DNA of 64,000 bases, from the NCBI GenBank assembly GCA_003170155.1, contig PMZQ01000109.1:2155-66154 (forward strand), given 5' to 3'. This document shows, one piece after another, positions 27,261 through 42,440 of this stretch (the stretch's first letter is position 1; each line of letters starts with the position of its first letter). The DNA is from Actinomycetota bacterium. GTDB lineage: Bacteria; Actinomycetota; Thermoleophilia; Gaiellales; Gaiellaceae. Under the pieces are notes generated by a model. That model ran no database searches. It saw only the letters and a program-made list of their open reading frames with translations, and was not told the origin of the DNA. Made by a program: the position numbers and the translations under genes.

Positions 27261-27697
27261 TGCTCCACCATAAAAACCAATGTGCCGCGAACCGCGAGCT
27301 GCCCGTGGACCGTCGCCTTGACCTTGCCCTTCCCGACCGGGCCACGCATGAGCTCGAGCTCGCAAACGTACTCGAGCGTGTCGCCCGGCTCGACAATTCG
27401 CTTGAAGCGAACATCGTCGATTCCCCCGAAGAGGACCATCTTGCCCCGGTTCTCCTCCAGCGTGAGCACAATGACAGCGCCCGTCTGGGCGAGGCCTTCG
27501 ACCATGAGGACGCCGGGCATGATCGGTCGCCCGGGGAAGTGCCCGGCGAGAAACCACTCGTCCGCGCGCACGGTCTTCCGAGCCACGGCGCGTTTGCCAG
27601 GCTCCAGCTCGATCACCTCGTCGATCATCAGGAAGGGATCCCGATGCGGAAGAATCGCTTCGAGCTCTGCCTTACCGAATGGGAGCGTGGGCGTCAT
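27257..27697 (-). CDS. fabZ: 3-hydroxyacyl-ACP dehydratase
   Basis: MTPTLPFGKAELEAILPHRDPFLMIDEV...GHFPGRPIMPGVL. ATG 27697 forms an ATGA overlap with the sigma-factor stop. Confidence 0.93.
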   Translation of the reverse strand: MTPTLPFGKAELEAILPHRDPFLMIDEVIELEPGKRAVARKTVRADEWFLAGHFPGRPIMPGVLMVEGLAQTGAVIVLTLEENRGKMVLFGGIDDVRFKRIVEPGDTLEYVCELELMRGPVGKGKVKATVHGQLAVRGTLVFMVEQ

Positions 27698-28314
27698 GCC
27701 GCAACCTCCTTGGCGATGCGCTCGCGAAGACGCTTGCGAGCGCGATGCGCGTAGCACTTGGCCGTTCCGACGGGAATGCGGATCGCGCCGGCGACCTGTT
27801 CAAAAGAGAACCCGAGCGCGTCCTTGAGCACGACCACCTGCGCCTGCTCGGTGGGAAGGTCGCTCAGGTAGCCGGATAGCTCTTCGCGCAATTCGGCGGC
27901 GAGCAGCTCGCGGACGGGATCGTTCTCGAGCGAATGCTCGAGCTGCAGCTCGTCGGCGAGTGGCTCCGCGCGGCGGATGCGCTCGCGCGCAGCCGTGTCG
28001 TGGCAGGTGTTGACGACGAGGCGATGTAGCCAGGTGGCGAACTGCGCGTCGCCACGGAACTGACCGATCCGCTGGTAGAGCTTGACCAGCGACTCCTGCG
28101 CCGCATCTTGAGCGTCACGAGAGTCCGCCAACTCGCGCCGCGCGATCCTCTCGACCCTCGGTGCGTAGCGTGCGCAGATCGCCTCTAGCGCCCTGTTATC
28201 GCCGTCTTTTGCCCGTTTGATCAAGATCGGGTCGCTGAGCCTTTCGTATCGAAGAGCAGGGTCCGTTCTAAGCGGACTAGTAATTCGACGGCGATCGGCT
28301 GACCTGGGTTTCAC
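27694..28314 (-). CDS. ECF-type RNA polymerase sigma factor
   Basis: Region 2 (DAQDAAQESLVKLYQRIGQFRGDAQFATWLHRLVVN) and region 4 (LPTEQAQVVVLKDALGFSFEQVAGAIRIPVGTAKCYAHRARKRL). GTG start. Confidence 0.9.
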   Translation of the reverse strand: MKPRSADRRRITSPLRTDPALRYERLSDPILIKRAKDGDNRALEAICARYAPRVERIARRELADSRDAQDAAQESLVKLYQRIGQFRGDAQFATWLHRLVVNTCHDTAARERIRRAEPLADELQLEHSLENDPVRELLAAELREELSGYLSDLPTEQAQVVVLKDALGFSFEQVAGAIRIPVGTAKCYAHRARKRLRERIAKEVAA

Positions 28315-28332
28315 AGCCGGACTAGTGTAGAG

Positions 28333-28923
28333 ATGATGGCGATCTCACTCACGCCTAGACAGGTCAGGCCGCGCCTGGAAGGTCGGTTCGGTACCCCTCT
28401 CTACCTCTACGCGGTGCGCTGTTTTTCGACCCAGGATCTGCTCCCGTTCGACGCTCCCGAAGGAGCACTTGCGATCGCCGAAGAGCAGCGGCATGGTCGC
28501 GGTCGCCGCGGGCGCACCTGGCAAGCCTCGAGTGGAACGAGCCTTCTTTTCTCGCTCTGCCTACGCCCGCAAGTTGAGACGATCCGGCTCTCGTCGTTGA
28601 CGCCGGTGGCAGCGGAGGCGATCGCCGCCGCGATCACGACCGTCACCGGCGCCGAAACAACCGTCAAGGATCCGAACGACGTACTGCTGGCCGGAAGGAA
28701 GGTGGCCGGTACCATCGCTGAGGCAAGCCTCGGCCGCGTCACCCTCGGGGTCGGCGTCAACGTCGGTCAGGGAGCGGGTGAGTTGCCCGAGCACCCTGTT
28801 TTCCCGGCGACCTCTCTCGCGTTGGAGCTCGGAGCCGCGCCCGACCGAGTCGAACTGCTCGTTCAGATCCTTCGCTGCCTCGAAAATCACTACGAGCGCT
28901 GGCTGGCCGAGGTCGCTACCTGA
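28333..28923 (+). CDS. birA: biotin-[acetyl-CoA-carboxylase] ligase, short form without N-terminal HTH
   Basis: GRGRRGRTW motif and BPL catalytic core. Only 196 aa. Confidence 0.85.
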   Translation: MMAISLTPRQVRPRLEGRFGTPLYLYAVRCFSTQDLLPFDAPEGALAIAEEQRHGRGRRGRTWQASSGTSLLFSLCLRPQVETIRLSSLTPVAAEAIAAAITTVTGAETTVKDPNDVLLAGRKVAGTIAEASLGRVTLGVGVNVGQGAGELPEHPVFPATSLALELGAAPDRVELLVQILRCLENHYERWLAEVAT

Positions 28924-28998
28924 CGGACGCGCTTTCACCGGCGACCGCGGTTTTTCGTCGTCACCGCGACGAGCCAGAAGCGCGGTAAATTCCAAGTC

Positions 28999-30291
28999 GT
29001 GGCCTGGCGTCTCTTACGTCTACTCGCAGTCGCTGCAGGGATTTTCGCGATCGGTTCAGCGCCAGCGCTCGGCGCGCGACCTTTCGTGCGCGCCATCAGT
29101 TTCTCCACCGATGTCAACCCCGTCTCGACCGACTACCTTAAGGGCGCGCTGAAGAGCGCTGAGCGCGATGGAGCCGCCGCGGCCGTGATCGTTCTCGATA
29201 CGCCCGGCGGTCTCTCCAGCTCGATGCACGACATCGTCAAGGCCGAGCTCGACACCGAGATTCCCGTGATCGTTTACGTTCCGACAGGGGCGAGAGCGGC
29301 ATCGGCCGGTGTCTGGATCGCGCAGGCAGCCGATCTCCTGGCGATGGCGCCCGCTTCGAACATCGGCTCCTCGACCCCGATCGACATCAGCGGCGAGAAC
29401 ATCTCGTCTGACTTACGACGCAAGGTCGTGAACGACGCCGCGGCCTCACTCCGGGCGCTCGCACACACGCACGGGCGTAACGTCGCCTGGGCCGATGCGG
29501 CCGTGCGCAAGGCCTCCAATCTGACGGCGGAGGAAGCGCTCAATCGCAACGTGATCGACGCTGTTGCGTTCTCGTTGCCGGCGCTTCTCACGGACATCAA
29601 CGGCATTCGCACGACGCCGCGGCACTTCGTCCTGCACACCGCCGACGCCGAGATCGAGAACGTGCGTATGTCGGCCTGGCAGAGTTTTCTCAATACCCTC
29701 ATCGACCCGACTCTGATCACCATCCTGCTTTCGCTCGGGATGCTCGGGATCACGATCGAGCTGTTCGTACCGGGCCATGCCCTCCTGGGTACGGTCGGCG
29801 TGATCTCTCTCGTCCTCGCGCTCTTCGGTCTCTCGGTGCTTCCGATCAGCTGGGCTGGGCTGGCGCTGATGCTCGTCGCGTTCGGCCTTTTCGGCACCGA
29901 TCTGCTCGTACCCACGCATGGAGCCCTGACGCTCGCGGGCGCGGTTTGCCTGATTCTCGGCGGATTGCTCCTATTCAGTCCCGCCGGGCCGACCTACAAA
30001 GTCTCGCTACCGGTTCTGATCGGCGTCTCGGGCATCCTGGCGTTGACCCTCGGCTTCGCCTTCGCCAAGGTCGTCCGGGTGAGAAGCCGCCCGGCCATCA
30101 CGGGAGTCGTCGCGCTCGTAGGCCAGACGGGCGTCGTACGCGCAAGCGGGATGGTGTTCGTCAAGGGTGAGCTGTGGCGCGCCGAGACGGCGGACGGCGC
30201 CGAGCTGGTACCGGGCGACCACGTGAACATCGAAGCCGTCGAGGAGATGAAGTTGATCGTCCGGCCTCTGGACGGCCGCGTTTCGGCATAG
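28999..30291 (+). CDS. NfeD-family membrane-bound ClpP-class serine protease
   Basis: Signal peptide, ...[14 protein letters not shown]...AASAGVWIA..., four C-terminal TM helices plus an OB-fold tail. Lies upstream of the SPFH gene. Confidence 0.88.
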   Translation: MAWRLLRLLAVAAGIFAIGSAPALGARPFVRAISFSTDVNPVSTDYLKGALKSAERDGAAAAVIVLDTPGGLSSSMHDIVKAELDTEIPVIVYVPTGARAASAGVWIAQAADLLAMAPASNIGSSTPIDISGENISSDLRRKVVNDAAASLRALAHTHGRNVAWADAAVRKASNLTAEEALNRNVIDAVAFSLPALLTDINGIRTTPRHFVLHTADAEIENVRMSAWQSFLNTLIDPTLITILLSLGMLGITIELFVPGHALLGTVGVISLVLALFGLSVLPISWAGLALMLVAFGLFGTDLLVPTHGALTLAGAVCLILGGLLLFSPAGPTYKVSLPVLIGVSGILALTLGFAFAKVVRVRSRPAITGVVALVGQTGVVRASGMVFVKGELWRAETADGAELVPGDHVNIEAVEEMKLIVRPLDGRVSA

Positions 30292-30325
30292 GATCAACGC
30301 GAACGATTCCCGAAAGGAGCTTTTA

Positions 30326-31096
30326 ATGCAGCCGCTCATCGTGTTCTTGATCGCCGTCGGCGTCATCGCTCTGCTTCTCATCGCGGCCGCGATCAGAGTG
30401 GCGCGCGAATACGAGCGCGGAGTGGTTTTCCGTCTCGGGCGCTTGCTTCCGCAGCCGAAGGGCCCGGGTCTCTTTCTTCTCATTCCGATCATCGACCGGA
30501 TGGTCAGGGTCGACTTGCGCACGATCACCCTCAACATTCCGCCACAGGAAGTGATTACGAAGGACAACGTCCCGGCGCGCGTGAACGCGGTCGCATACTT
30601 CCGCATCCTCGATCCCTCGGCGGCGATCGTGCAGGTGGAGAACTTCCTCATGGCCACTTCTCAGATCGCGCAGACGACGCTGCGCTCGGTTCTCGGCCAG
30701 CACGTCCTCGACGAGCTCCTGTCCGAGCGCGAGAAGATCAACCTGATTCTGCAAGGAATCATCGACGAGCAGACCCAGCCCTGGGGCATCAAGGTCTCGA
30801 TCGTCGAGGTCAAAGACGTGGAGATCCCTTCGGGAATGCAAAGGGCGATGGCCCGCCAGGCCGAGGCCGAGCGAGAAAGGCGCGCGAAGGTCATCAACGC
30901 CGAAGGCGAGTTCCAAGCCTCCGAGCGACTGCATGACGCCGCGCTCGTGATGGAAGCCACTCCGATCGCGCTGCAGCTGCGCTACCTCCAGACCCTGCTC
31001 GAGATCAGCAACAACCAGGCGACGACGATCGTCTTCCCAGCTCCGATCGACCTGCTCAAGCCGCTGCTCGGTAAAGACGACGGTGGGTCGAAGTAA
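30326..31096 (+). CDS. SPFH/band 7 (stomatin-like) protein
   Basis: [24 protein letters not shown]...ITKDNV...[16 protein letters not shown]. Confidence 0.92.
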   Translation: MQPLIVFLIAVGVIALLLIAAAIRVAREYERGVVFRLGRLLPQPKGPGLFLLIPIIDRMVRVDLRTITLNIPPQEVITKDNVPARVNAVAYFRILDPSAAIVQVENFLMATSQIAQTTLRSVLGQHVLDELLSEREKINLILQGIIDEQTQPWGIKVSIVEVKDVEIPSGMQRAMARQAEAERERRAKVINAEGEFQASERLHDAALVMEATPIALQLRYLQTLLEISNNQATTIVFPAPIDLLKPLLGKDDGGSK

Positions 31097-32039
31097 CTCC
31101 GACGAGGAGAAGGTAGAGGGCGCCCGGCCGGCCGCGCGAGTGGCCGTCGATCCGCTCTCGGGCCGGGAAGTGATCTTCGCGCCCGGGCGAGCGAAGCGTC
31201 CCGGAAGCTCGAGTGCTCTGATTTCTTCGGCGGCAGATGACGAGGCCGAAACATGCCCGTTTTGCGAGGGACACGAGGGCGAGACACCTCCGGAGCTCTT
31301 TGCTCTCGGCGGCGATCCCGAACGCGCGCCCGACAGCCCCGGCTGGAAAGTGCGGGCCGTGCCCAATCTCTACCCGGCCTTCGAGCGCCAGCAGGTCGTG
31401 ATCCATTCCCCGGATCACGTGCGCTCGTTCGGCAATCTCTCCGACGGTCAGCTCGCGCTGATCGTCGAGGCTTGGGCGAGGATTGCCGAGGAAGCCTGGA
31501 GCGAGGGCTTCGATCACCTGCTCGTGTTCGTGAACGAGGGCGAGGCGGCCGGCGCAAGCCTCCCTCACTCTCACTCGCAGACGGTCTGGCTCGACCGGGA
31601 ACCGCCGCAGATTGCCGCCGAGTCGCCACGTCTTCGCCGCGGCAACTGCGCGCTTTGCACCCTTCTCGCGGATCTTCCGCCGGCTCTGCGACTTGCCGAA
31701 CGCGAGCTCGAGAACGGCACCGCCTTGCTCGCCGTCTCCCCGGCTGGGCGCGCACCCTACGAGCTTTTGATCGCGCCGAGTGAGCACCTCGCCGACGCCT
31801 TCGGCGAGACCGAGCAGCTCGCCGCCGGGCTCGCACTCGCGGCCGACGGAATCAGACGCCTGAACGCGGTCGAGGGGCCAATTCCCTTCAATCTCTGGCT
31901 GCACAACTTCCAAGGCGACGGCCACTGGCACCTCGAGCTGGTGCCGCGGCTGAGCGTGTTCGCCGGGATCGAGCTCGGCGCCGGGATCTACGTCAACACG
32001 CTCGAGCCGGGAGAAGCGGCCACCCGGCTTCGCGGTTAA
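31083..32039 (+). CDS. galT: galactose-1-phosphate uridylyltransferase family protein (HIT superfamily)
   Basis: CPFCEGHE zinc site and the HSHSQ (HxHxQ) active site. Start is GTG 31083 or GTG 31140. Confidence 0.85.
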   Translation: MGRSNSDEEKVEGARPAARVAVDPLSGREVIFAPGRAKRPGSSSALISSAADDEAETCPFCEGHEGETPPELFALGGDPERAPDSPGWKVRAVPNLYPAFERQQVVIHSPDHVRSFGNLSDGQLALIVEAWARIAEEAWSEGFDHLLVFVNEGEAAGASLPHSHSQTVWLDREPPQIAAESPRLRRGNCALCTLLADLPPALRLAERELENGTALLAVSPAGRAPYELLIAPSEHLADAFGETEQLAAGLALAADGIRRLNAVEGPIPFNLWLHNFQGDGHWHLELVPRLSVFAGIELGAGIYVNTLEPGEAATRLRG

Positions 32040-32051
32040 CGGGCGGGGCTT

Positions 32052-34670
32052 TTAGCCGGCGGGCTCCGCGTCGGCAGGCTCTTCGTCGATGGGCTCCGTG
32101 TCGGGAGACTCTTCGCCGGCGGGCTCCGCGTCGGCGGGCTCTTCGTTGATGGGTTCCGTGTCGACCAACTCCGCGTCGGAGCCCGACAACTCGTCTTCGG
32201 CGTTCTCCTCCGACTCGACCACCGGCGCGAGGCTCGATACCCGTTCCTCCTCGCCACGAAGTCTCATCACGGTCACTCCCTGAGTCGAGCGGCCCATGCG
32301 CCGTACGTCTTCGACCGGAATCTTGATCATCGTGCCGGTGGTAGAGATCAGCATCACCTGGTAGCCGTCGCGAACGGCTCGGGCGCCGACCAACCGACCG
32401 CGCGCCTCGATCAGCTTGATCGTCTTGACACCGAGGCCGCCGCGTCCCTTCACCGGGTAGTCGGCGATACGCGTGCGCTTGCCGTAGCCGTTCTCGGTGA
32501 CCACGAGCAGTTCCATGTCGTCGCGGGCGATCTCGATCGCGATCACCTCGTCTCCCGCGCGCAGGCGCATGCCCTGAACACCCGAGGTGGGCCGCCCCAT
32601 CGGGCGAGCATTGGTCTCGTGGAAGCGGATTGCCTGCCCCTTACGCGAGACGAGCAGAATGTCATCGCTTCCCGTCGAGTGGCGAACGCCGACCAGCTCG
32701 TCGTCCTCACGCAGGTTGATGGCGATGATTCCGTCGGCCTTGAGCGGTGTGTTGTAGTCGATAAAGCGCGTCTTCTTAACGAGACCGTTGCGGGTGGCGA
32801 AGACGAGATACTCGGCCTCCTTGAACTCTCGCGTCTGGATCACCGCGCGCACCTTCTCGTCCTGGCGGAAAGGCAGCAGGTTGACGATCGCGCGCCCCTT
32901 CGACTGGCGAGAGCCGAGCGGAAGCTCGTGCACCTTCAGCCTGTAGACCTTGCCCACGTTGGTGAAGAAGAGGATGTAATCATGCGTCGAGGCGACGAAC
33001 AGGTGCTCGATGTAGTCGTCCTCCTTCAACTCCATCCCCATCACGCCGACGCCGCCGCGCCTCTGCTCGCGGTAGGCGGTCACGGGCAGGCGCTTGATGT
33101 AGCCCGAGCGAGTGATCGCGATCACCATGTCTTCTTCTGCGATCAGGTCCTCGAGCTCGAGATCGGTCTCGCCGGCGACGATCTCGGTGCGCCGGTCGTC
33201 ACGTTTGCCGTAGATCGATCTGAGCTCGAGCAGCTCGTCGCGGATGATTCCGTCGACGCGGGCCTGATCGCCGAGGATCGCGCGTAGGCCGGCGATCAGC
33301 TCCTGAAGCTCGGCATACTCCGCATCGATCTTCTGGCGCTCCAGTTGAGTCAGCCGGGCGAGCCGAAGGTCGAGGATCGCCTGAGCCTGGATCTCGGAGA
33401 GCTTGAACTGCTTCATCAGCCCCGTGCGTGCCTGCTCGGCGTCGTTCGAGGAACGGATCAGAGCGATCACGGCGTCGAGGTTGTCGAGCGCGATCAGGTA
33501 ACCGGCGAGTACGTGCGCCCGGCGCTCGGCCTGGCGTAGCTCGTACTTCGAGCGTCTGACGATCACCTCGCGCTGGAAGTCGAGGTACTCGCGGACCAGC
33601 TCGAGCAGAGAGAGCGTGCGCGGAACACCGCGGACCAGCGCGACCCCGTTGTAGCCGAAGGTCGTCTGCAACGACGTGTGCTTGAAGAGCTTGTTCAGCG
33701 CCACCTGCGGCACGGCGTCGCGCTTTAGGTCGATCTGGATTCGCATTCCCGTCCGGTCGGAGTGATCCTGGAGATCGGCGATCTCCGTCAGCACTTTCTC
33801 GTGCACGAGATCGGCGATCTTCTTGATCACACCGCCGTCGCCGCCCTTCTTGACGCCATAGGGAAGCTCCGTCACGACGATCGCCGTCTTGCCGCCACGC
33901 AGCTCCTCGATGTGAGCCCGCGCCCGCATCACGATGCGGCCGCGCCCCGAGCGGTAAGCCTCCCTGATTCCCTGCCGCCCGACGATGATGCCTCCGGTCG
34001 GGAAGTCGGGTCCCTTCACGTGCTGAGCAAGCTGATCGACGGAAATGTCCGGGTCGTCGATCATCGCCAGCACGGCATCGACGACCTCCGAAAGCCGGTG
34101 CGGCGGCATGTTCGTCGCCATGCCCACGGCGATTCCCGAAGAGCCGTTCACGAGCAGGTTGGGGAAGCGGCTCGGAAGAACAACCGGTTCGCGTCGAGAC
34201 TCGTCGTAGTTGGGAACGAAGTCGACTGTGTCGGCCTCGATCTCTCTGAGCATCTCGGTGGCGATCTTGGCCAGCCGGCACTCCGTGTAGCGCATTGCCG
34301 CCGCCGGGTCGTCGTCGATCGAGCCGAAGTTTCCCTGCCCGTCCACGAGCGGATAACGGAGCGAGAACGGCTGCGCCATGCGCACGAGCGTGTCGTAGAT
34401 GGCAGAGTCACCGTGAGGGTGGAAGGAGCCCATCACCTCGCCGACGACGCGGGCGGATTTCTTGTACGGCCGGTTCGGCTGCATCCCGGACTCGTGCATT
34501 CCGAAAAGCACGCGCCTGTGAACCGGCTTGAGCCCATCGCGCACATCGGGGAGCGCACGGCTCACGATTACGCTCATGGCGTAATCGAGGAAGCTCGAGC
34601 GCATCTCGTCTTCGAGCTCGCGTAGCTCGATCCGCCCGGGACCGAGAGCGCCGGTGTCTACTTCGGACAC
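32052..34670 (-). CDS. gyrA: DNA gyrase subunit A
   Basis: 872-aa ORF. ...[23 protein letters not shown]...GDSAIYD... GTG start. Acidic repeated C-terminal tail. Confidence 0.97.
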   Translation of the reverse strand: MSEVDTGALGPGRIELRELEDEMRSSFLDYAMSVIVSRALPDVRDGLKPVHRRVLFGMHESGMQPNRPYKKSARVVGEVMGSFHPHGDSAIYDTLVRMAQPFSLRYPLVDGQGNFGSIDDDPAAAMRYTECRLAKIATEMLREIEADTVDFVPNYDESRREPVVLPSRFPNLLVNGSSGIAVGMATNMPPHRLSEVVDAVLAMIDDPDISVDQLAQHVKGPDFPTGGIIVGRQGIREAYRSGRGRIVMRARAHIEELRGGKTAIVVTELPYGVKKGGDGGVIKKIADLVHEKVLTEIADLQDHSDRTGMRIQIDLKRDAVPQVALNKLFKHTSLQTTFGYNGVALVRGVPRTLSLLELVREYLDFQREVIVRRSKYELRQAERRAHVLAGYLIALDNLDAVIALIRSSNDAEQARTGLMKQFKLSEIQAQAILDLRLARLTQLERQKIDAEYAELQELIAGLRAILGDQARVDGIIRDELLELRSIYGKRDDRRTEIVAGETDLELEDLIAEEDMVIAITRSGYIKRLPVTAYREQRRGGVGVMGMELKEDDYIEHLFVASTHDYILFFTNVGKVYRLKVHELPLGSRQSKGRAIVNLLPFRQDEKVRAVIQTREFKEAEYLVFATRNGLVKKTRFIDYNTPLKADGIIAINLREDDELVGVRHSTGSDDILLVSRKGQAIRFHETNARPMGRPTSGVQGMRLRAGDEVIAIEIARDDMELLVVTENGYGKRTRIADYPVKGRGGLGVKTIKLIEARGRLVGARAVRDGYQVMLISTTGTMIKIPVEDVRRMGRSTQGVTVMRLRGEEERVSSLAPVVESEENAEDELSGSDAELVDTEPINEEPADAEPAGEESPDTEPIDEEPADAEPAG
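32055..32163 (-). repeat. 60-nt-period tandem repeat (about 1.8 copies) encoding the acidic GyrA tail
   Basis: The 49-nt cores at 32055-32103 and 32115-32163 are nearly identical. The protein reads [35 protein letters not shown]. Confidence 0.85.
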
Positions 34671-34695
34671 TCCTACCCCTCTCTCCGCGAAGCGC

Positions 34696-38664
<3,969 letters not shown>

Positions 38665-38668
<4 letters not shown>

Positions 38669-39786
38669 CCCGCGAGGCGAATCGGCATGATCAGGTACCA
38701 GAAGCTGTCGCCCTCCGCTCGCAAAAGCCCGGGATTCAGTGGGCCGTTCAGGTTGAGCTCGACCTCGTCGCCGATCACCGATTCGATCCCTTCGCGCAGA
38801 AACTCCGCGTTGAAGCCGATCTCGAACGGCTCGCTACTGAAAGCCACCGGAAGGGTTTCGTGCACCTCGCCGACGTCCTGCGTCTGAGCTGAGACGGTCA
38901 GCGACCCATCCTCAAAGCGCAGTCGAATGGGACTCGTTCGTTGTGCCATCACAGCGGCGCGGCGGACAACTTCCAGGAATTCGACTCGCGGCAGTTTGAC
39001 CGTGTGGGCGAAGGTCTCGGGATGCAGTTGGCGATGGTTCGGGAACTGACCGTCGATGCGTCTCGTCGTGAGCATCGTCTTCCCAGCCAGGAAGATCGTA
39101 TGATTCTCGTGGATCGCCAACTCGAGCTCGGAGCCACTCGAAGGAATTCGTGCGATTTCTGCGATCGCCCGCGCCGGCACAATCGCCTCGAGTTCAGGCG
39201 TCTCGCCCTTGAGTGTCGTCTCTCTCACCGCCAGGCGGTAGGAGTCCGTCGCAGCCATGGTCAGCTTCCTACTGGTTTCATTCTCACCTTTCTCGAACTG
39301 CACCAAGATCCCCGTCAGAACCGGCCGCGACTCATCCCGCGACGCTGCCCGCGACACTCTCGCTGCGGTGTCGAGGAAGGCTTCCCGATCGACCTTGAAG
39401 GTGGCTTCGTCTTTTATCTCGGGTAAGCGCGGAAAGTCATCCGGGGCCGACACATTGAGCCGATAGGACGCGCTACCGCAACTGAGCTCGATCATCCGCG
39501 CTCCTGCTGTGTGCTCGAGAACAACCTTTTCTTCACCACTGGGTAGTGAGCGACAAGCATCTACGAACACTCGCCCAGGTACCACACTCGCACCGTCACT
39601 CTCGACCTCCGCCTCGAGCGCCGACACGATCGAAAGCTCCATATCCGTCGCCGCAAGACGCAGCTGACCGTTTTCCGCCGTAATGAGAATCCCCGCTAGA
39701 ACCTGTACTGAGGTGCGCGAAGAGACAGCTCGCGAAACCATCGCCACTGTCTCAGCGAGGTGATCTCTCGAACACGTGATCTTCAT
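38665..39786 (-). CDS. dnaN: DNA polymerase III beta sliding clamp
   Basis: ORF 38665..39819. MKITCSRDHLAETVAMVSRAVSSRTSVQVLAGILI starts at ATG 39786 (alternative 39819). Confidence 0.95.
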
Positions 39787-40006
39787 CCCTGAGCGAAGTC
39801 CTGTATCTGTTTCAATCATGAGATTTAAAACCTCGTAGTCATAGTAGGACCTGTTAGGGGCGGGGGAAACTCTACTTTCGCCGCTTGCAGAGCGACTTTG
39901 GGCTGAGGACTGCGGCTGGGGAGAAGAGAAGCATATGGGGAGAACATAAGCTTAAGTGCTCTACCGCGCTCGAGATGATCACACTCTTCCATCAACCCTC
40001 CACAAC

Positions 40007-41377
40007 TCAGTGCACCTGCTTTATGCGCGCAGTGAGCTCCTGAACGAGGTTGTAAACCGAGCGATCTTCCCGAATGAGACGGGCGATCTTGGACGTGGCG
40101 TGGATGACGGTCGTGTGGTCGCGTCCGCCAAACTCCTTACCGATCTTCGGCAGTGACGAATCCGTTAGTTCGCGTGAGAGGTACATCGCTACCTGACGCG
40201 GGTAAACGATGTTCTGAGAGCGCCTGTCACTACAGAGCTCGGTGAGCGAGAGACCAAAACGGTCGGCGACTTCCTCTTGGATCCGATGAATGTTGACCTC
40301 GGCGGCCTCTGGCGGGAATACGTCGCGAAGAACATCCTGAGCGAGCTCGACGGTCATCAGCCTCCCTGTAAGTGACGAGAACGCGACGACCCGCGTGAGC
40401 GCGCCTTCGAGCTCGCGGATGTTCGAGGAGATCAGACTGGCGATGAAGGTCAGAACCTGTGGATCGGGGACATGGATGCCCTCGGTGTGAACCTTCTTGC
40501 GCAGGATGGCGATCCTGGTCTCGAGATCGGGCGGCTGGATGTCGGTGATGAGACCCCACTCGAAACGCGAGCGCAGGCGCGGCTCGAGCGTCGCCAGCTC
40601 ACGTGGCGGCCGGTCGGAGCTGAGCACGACCTGGCTGCCCGCCTCAAAAAGAGCATTGAAGGTGTGGAAGAACTCCTCCTGGATCCGCTCCTTGCCCTCA
40701 AAGAACTGGAGGTCGTCGACGAGCAGCACGTCGTAGTTGCGATAGCGCTGCTTGAAGCTGTCGATGCGCTTGTCGCGGAGCGAGTCGATGAAGTCGTTCA
40801 TGAAGTTCTCGCTCGTGACGTAGAAGACGCTCAGGTTGCGTGAGTGCTCGGAAACGTAATGGGCGATCGCGTGTAGGAGGTGGGTCTTTCCCAAACCGGT
40901 GCCGCCGTAGATGAAGAGCGGGTTGTAGGCGCGTGCGGGCCGTTCGGCCACGGCGAGCGCGGCGGCATGCGCGAAACGGTTGGACGAGCCGATGATGAAG
41001 AGGTCAAAGGTGTATTTGGGATTGACGCCGTTGGGTGAGCTCCCAACCCGCGTCCACTCGCCTTCGGCTCGCTCGATCTCTGGAGTGGAGGGCTCAGAGA
41101 TGAGCGCCTCGAGAGGATCGACCACCGACAGGAGCACGCCGCATTCGCGCCCGGCCAAATCACGAATCGTGGCGCGCAGGAGGTCGAGGAAGTGGCCCTC
41201 GATCCATTCGCGCGTGAACTCGTTCGGAACGGAGACGACTAAGAAATCGTCAGTGAGTTCGCTTCCCCCGGCCCCGCCGAACCAGGTCTGGAACGTGGTC
41301 TCGCTGAGCGACTCGCGGAGTCGTTCGGCGACCGCACCCCAGAGGTTTTCAGCATTGTTTCGAATAGATGATTCCAC
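40007..41377 (-). CDS. dnaA: chromosomal replication initiator protein DnaA
   Basis: 456 aa. [14 protein letters not shown], box VII/VIII, C-terminal DNA-binding region ...[11 protein letters not shown]... GTG start. Confidence 0.97.
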   Translation of the reverse strand: MESSIRNNAENLWGAVAERLRESLSETTFQTWFGGAGGSELTDDFLVVSVPNEFTREWIEGHFLDLLRATIRDLAGRECGVLLSVVDPLEALISEPSTPEIERAEGEWTRVGSSPNGVNPKYTFDLFIIGSSNRFAHAAALAVAERPARAYNPLFIYGGTGLGKTHLLHAIAHYVSEHSRNLSVFYVTSENFMNDFIDSLRDKRIDSFKQRYRNYDVLLVDDLQFFEGKERIQEEFFHTFNALFEAGSQVVLSSDRPPRELATLEPRLRSRFEWGLITDIQPPDLETRIAILRKKVHTEGIHVPDPQVLTFIASLISSNIRELEGALTRVVAFSSLTGRLMTVELAQDVLRDVFPPEAAEVNIHRIQEEVADRFGLSLTELCSDRRSQNIVYPRQVAMYLSRELTDSSLPKIGKEFGGRDHTTVIHATSKIARLIREDRSVYNLVQELTARIKQVH

Positions 41378-41690
41378 GCGCCTGCCCGATCCCCCGCCCG
41401 CCCCGACGGAAGTGCGAGCATATCAATGCTCTAGCGATCGAACAACGGGGGTTATCCACAGGCTGAGATCCATTGATATACGCCTTTTGCAGGGGTTAGG
41501 GCACATCCACACGATATTCCACAGATGTGGAAAACAGTCGCCCCGGGCTCTCGAACCAGCCAAGAACCTCGAGCGACGGCCTCTCGAGGGAGTGGAAACA
41601 ACTGTGGAGAACTTATGAGCACCGGCGCTCGTCTATACTGGCGCCTCGGTTGTCCGATGGACACCGCTCTTCTCTCAGCTATCAAATACC
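41378..41690. other. putative oriC / dnaA promoter region with a DnaA-box cluster
   Basis: TTATCCACA 41452-60 (perfect), ACATCCACA 41503-11, TATTCCACA 41515-23, TGTGGAAAA 41526-34 (inverted), AGTGGAAAC 41591-99, TGTGGAGAA 41603-11 (inverted). Gene orientation diverges here. Confidence 0.75.
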
Positions 41691-41825
41691 GTGAAGCGGA
41701 CCTACCAGCCAAACGTACGCCGTCGCAAGCGCAAGCATGGCTTTCGCGCGCGGATGAAGACCCGTGCCGGACGGGCGGTCTTGAAGCGCCGCCGAGGACG
41801 CGGCCGCAAGCGGCTATCGGCCTGA
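41691..41825 (+). CDS. rpmH: 50S ribosomal protein L34
   Basis: Below the ORF-track cut-off. Manual translation from GTG 41691 gives (M)[43 protein letters not shown]. Confidence 0.95.
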   Translation: MKRTYQPNVRRRKRKHGFRARMKTRAGRAVLKRRRGRGRKRLSA

Positions 41826-41844
41826 CCGGGCGAGGCGTGCTCAG

Positions 41845-42183
41845 GTGGAGCGCCGTTACCGCCTCTCTCGCTCGCGAGATTTCGACACCGTCTACCGTCA
41901 CGGGAGATCGACATCGACCCGCTTCTTCACTCTCTACGTGTTCCCGCGCGAGGGGGGTGCCGAGGCGAGGCTGGGTCTCGCGATTCCGAAGAGTGTCGGC
42001 ACCGCCGTCAAGCGCAACCGTCTCAAGCGTACGCTACGGGAGGTCTGGCGCACGAAAGAGAGAACGGGCGGCCTAGATTTCGTGCTGGTGGCGCGCCCCG
42101 GGCTCGCCGAGGCGGCAGAGTCGAACGGCTTCTCGTGGCTGATCGAGCGAGTGGATGAAGTGATCGGAAAGACAAACCCGTGA
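41845..42183 (+). CDS. rnpA: ribonuclease P protein component
   Basis: 112 aa, RLSRSRDFDTVYRHG...KSVGTAVKRNRLKRTLRE. Follows rpmH. Confidence 0.92.
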   Translation: MERRYRLSRSRDFDTVYRHGRSTSTRFFTLYVFPREGGAEARLGLAIPKSVGTAVKRNRLKRTLREVWRTKERTGGLDFVLVARPGLAEAAESNGFSWLIERVDEVIGKTNP

Positions 42184-42440
42184 AGTACCCGGCGATAGCA
42201 CTCGTCTACGTGTATCGGCACACGCTCGGTTTGTTCTTGCGGCCGAGCTGCAAGTACTACCCGTCCTGCTCCAGCTACGCAATCGGAGTGCTCGAGCGCT
42301 ATGGCTTCGTCCGCGGCGTGCTGCTCGCGGGCTGGCGCCTTCTGCGTTGCAACCCGTGGAGCTCGGGCGGAGTAGACATGCCAGAAGACGCGCGCTTGTT
42401 CGGGCGGCCTTGCCATGCGCACAGGGGGCACGCGGCGTGA
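42180..42440 (+). CDS. yidD: membrane protein insertion efficiency factor YidD
   Basis: 86 aa, CKYYPSCSSYA...RCNPW. GTGA overlap with rnpA. Confidence 0.92.
   Translation: MKYPAIALVYVYRHTLGLFLRPSCKYYPSCSSYAIGVLERYGFVRGVLLAGWRLLRCNPWSSGGVDMPEDARLFGRPCHAHRGHAA

Noticed and set aside
39787-40006. The dnaA-dnaN spacer as the main oriC.
   Set aside because: It holds only one weak DnaA-box match (CCCTCCACA, 39996-40004). There is an AT-richer patch but no box cluster, so the rpmH-dnaA spacer is the better candidate. A bipartite origin cannot be excluded.
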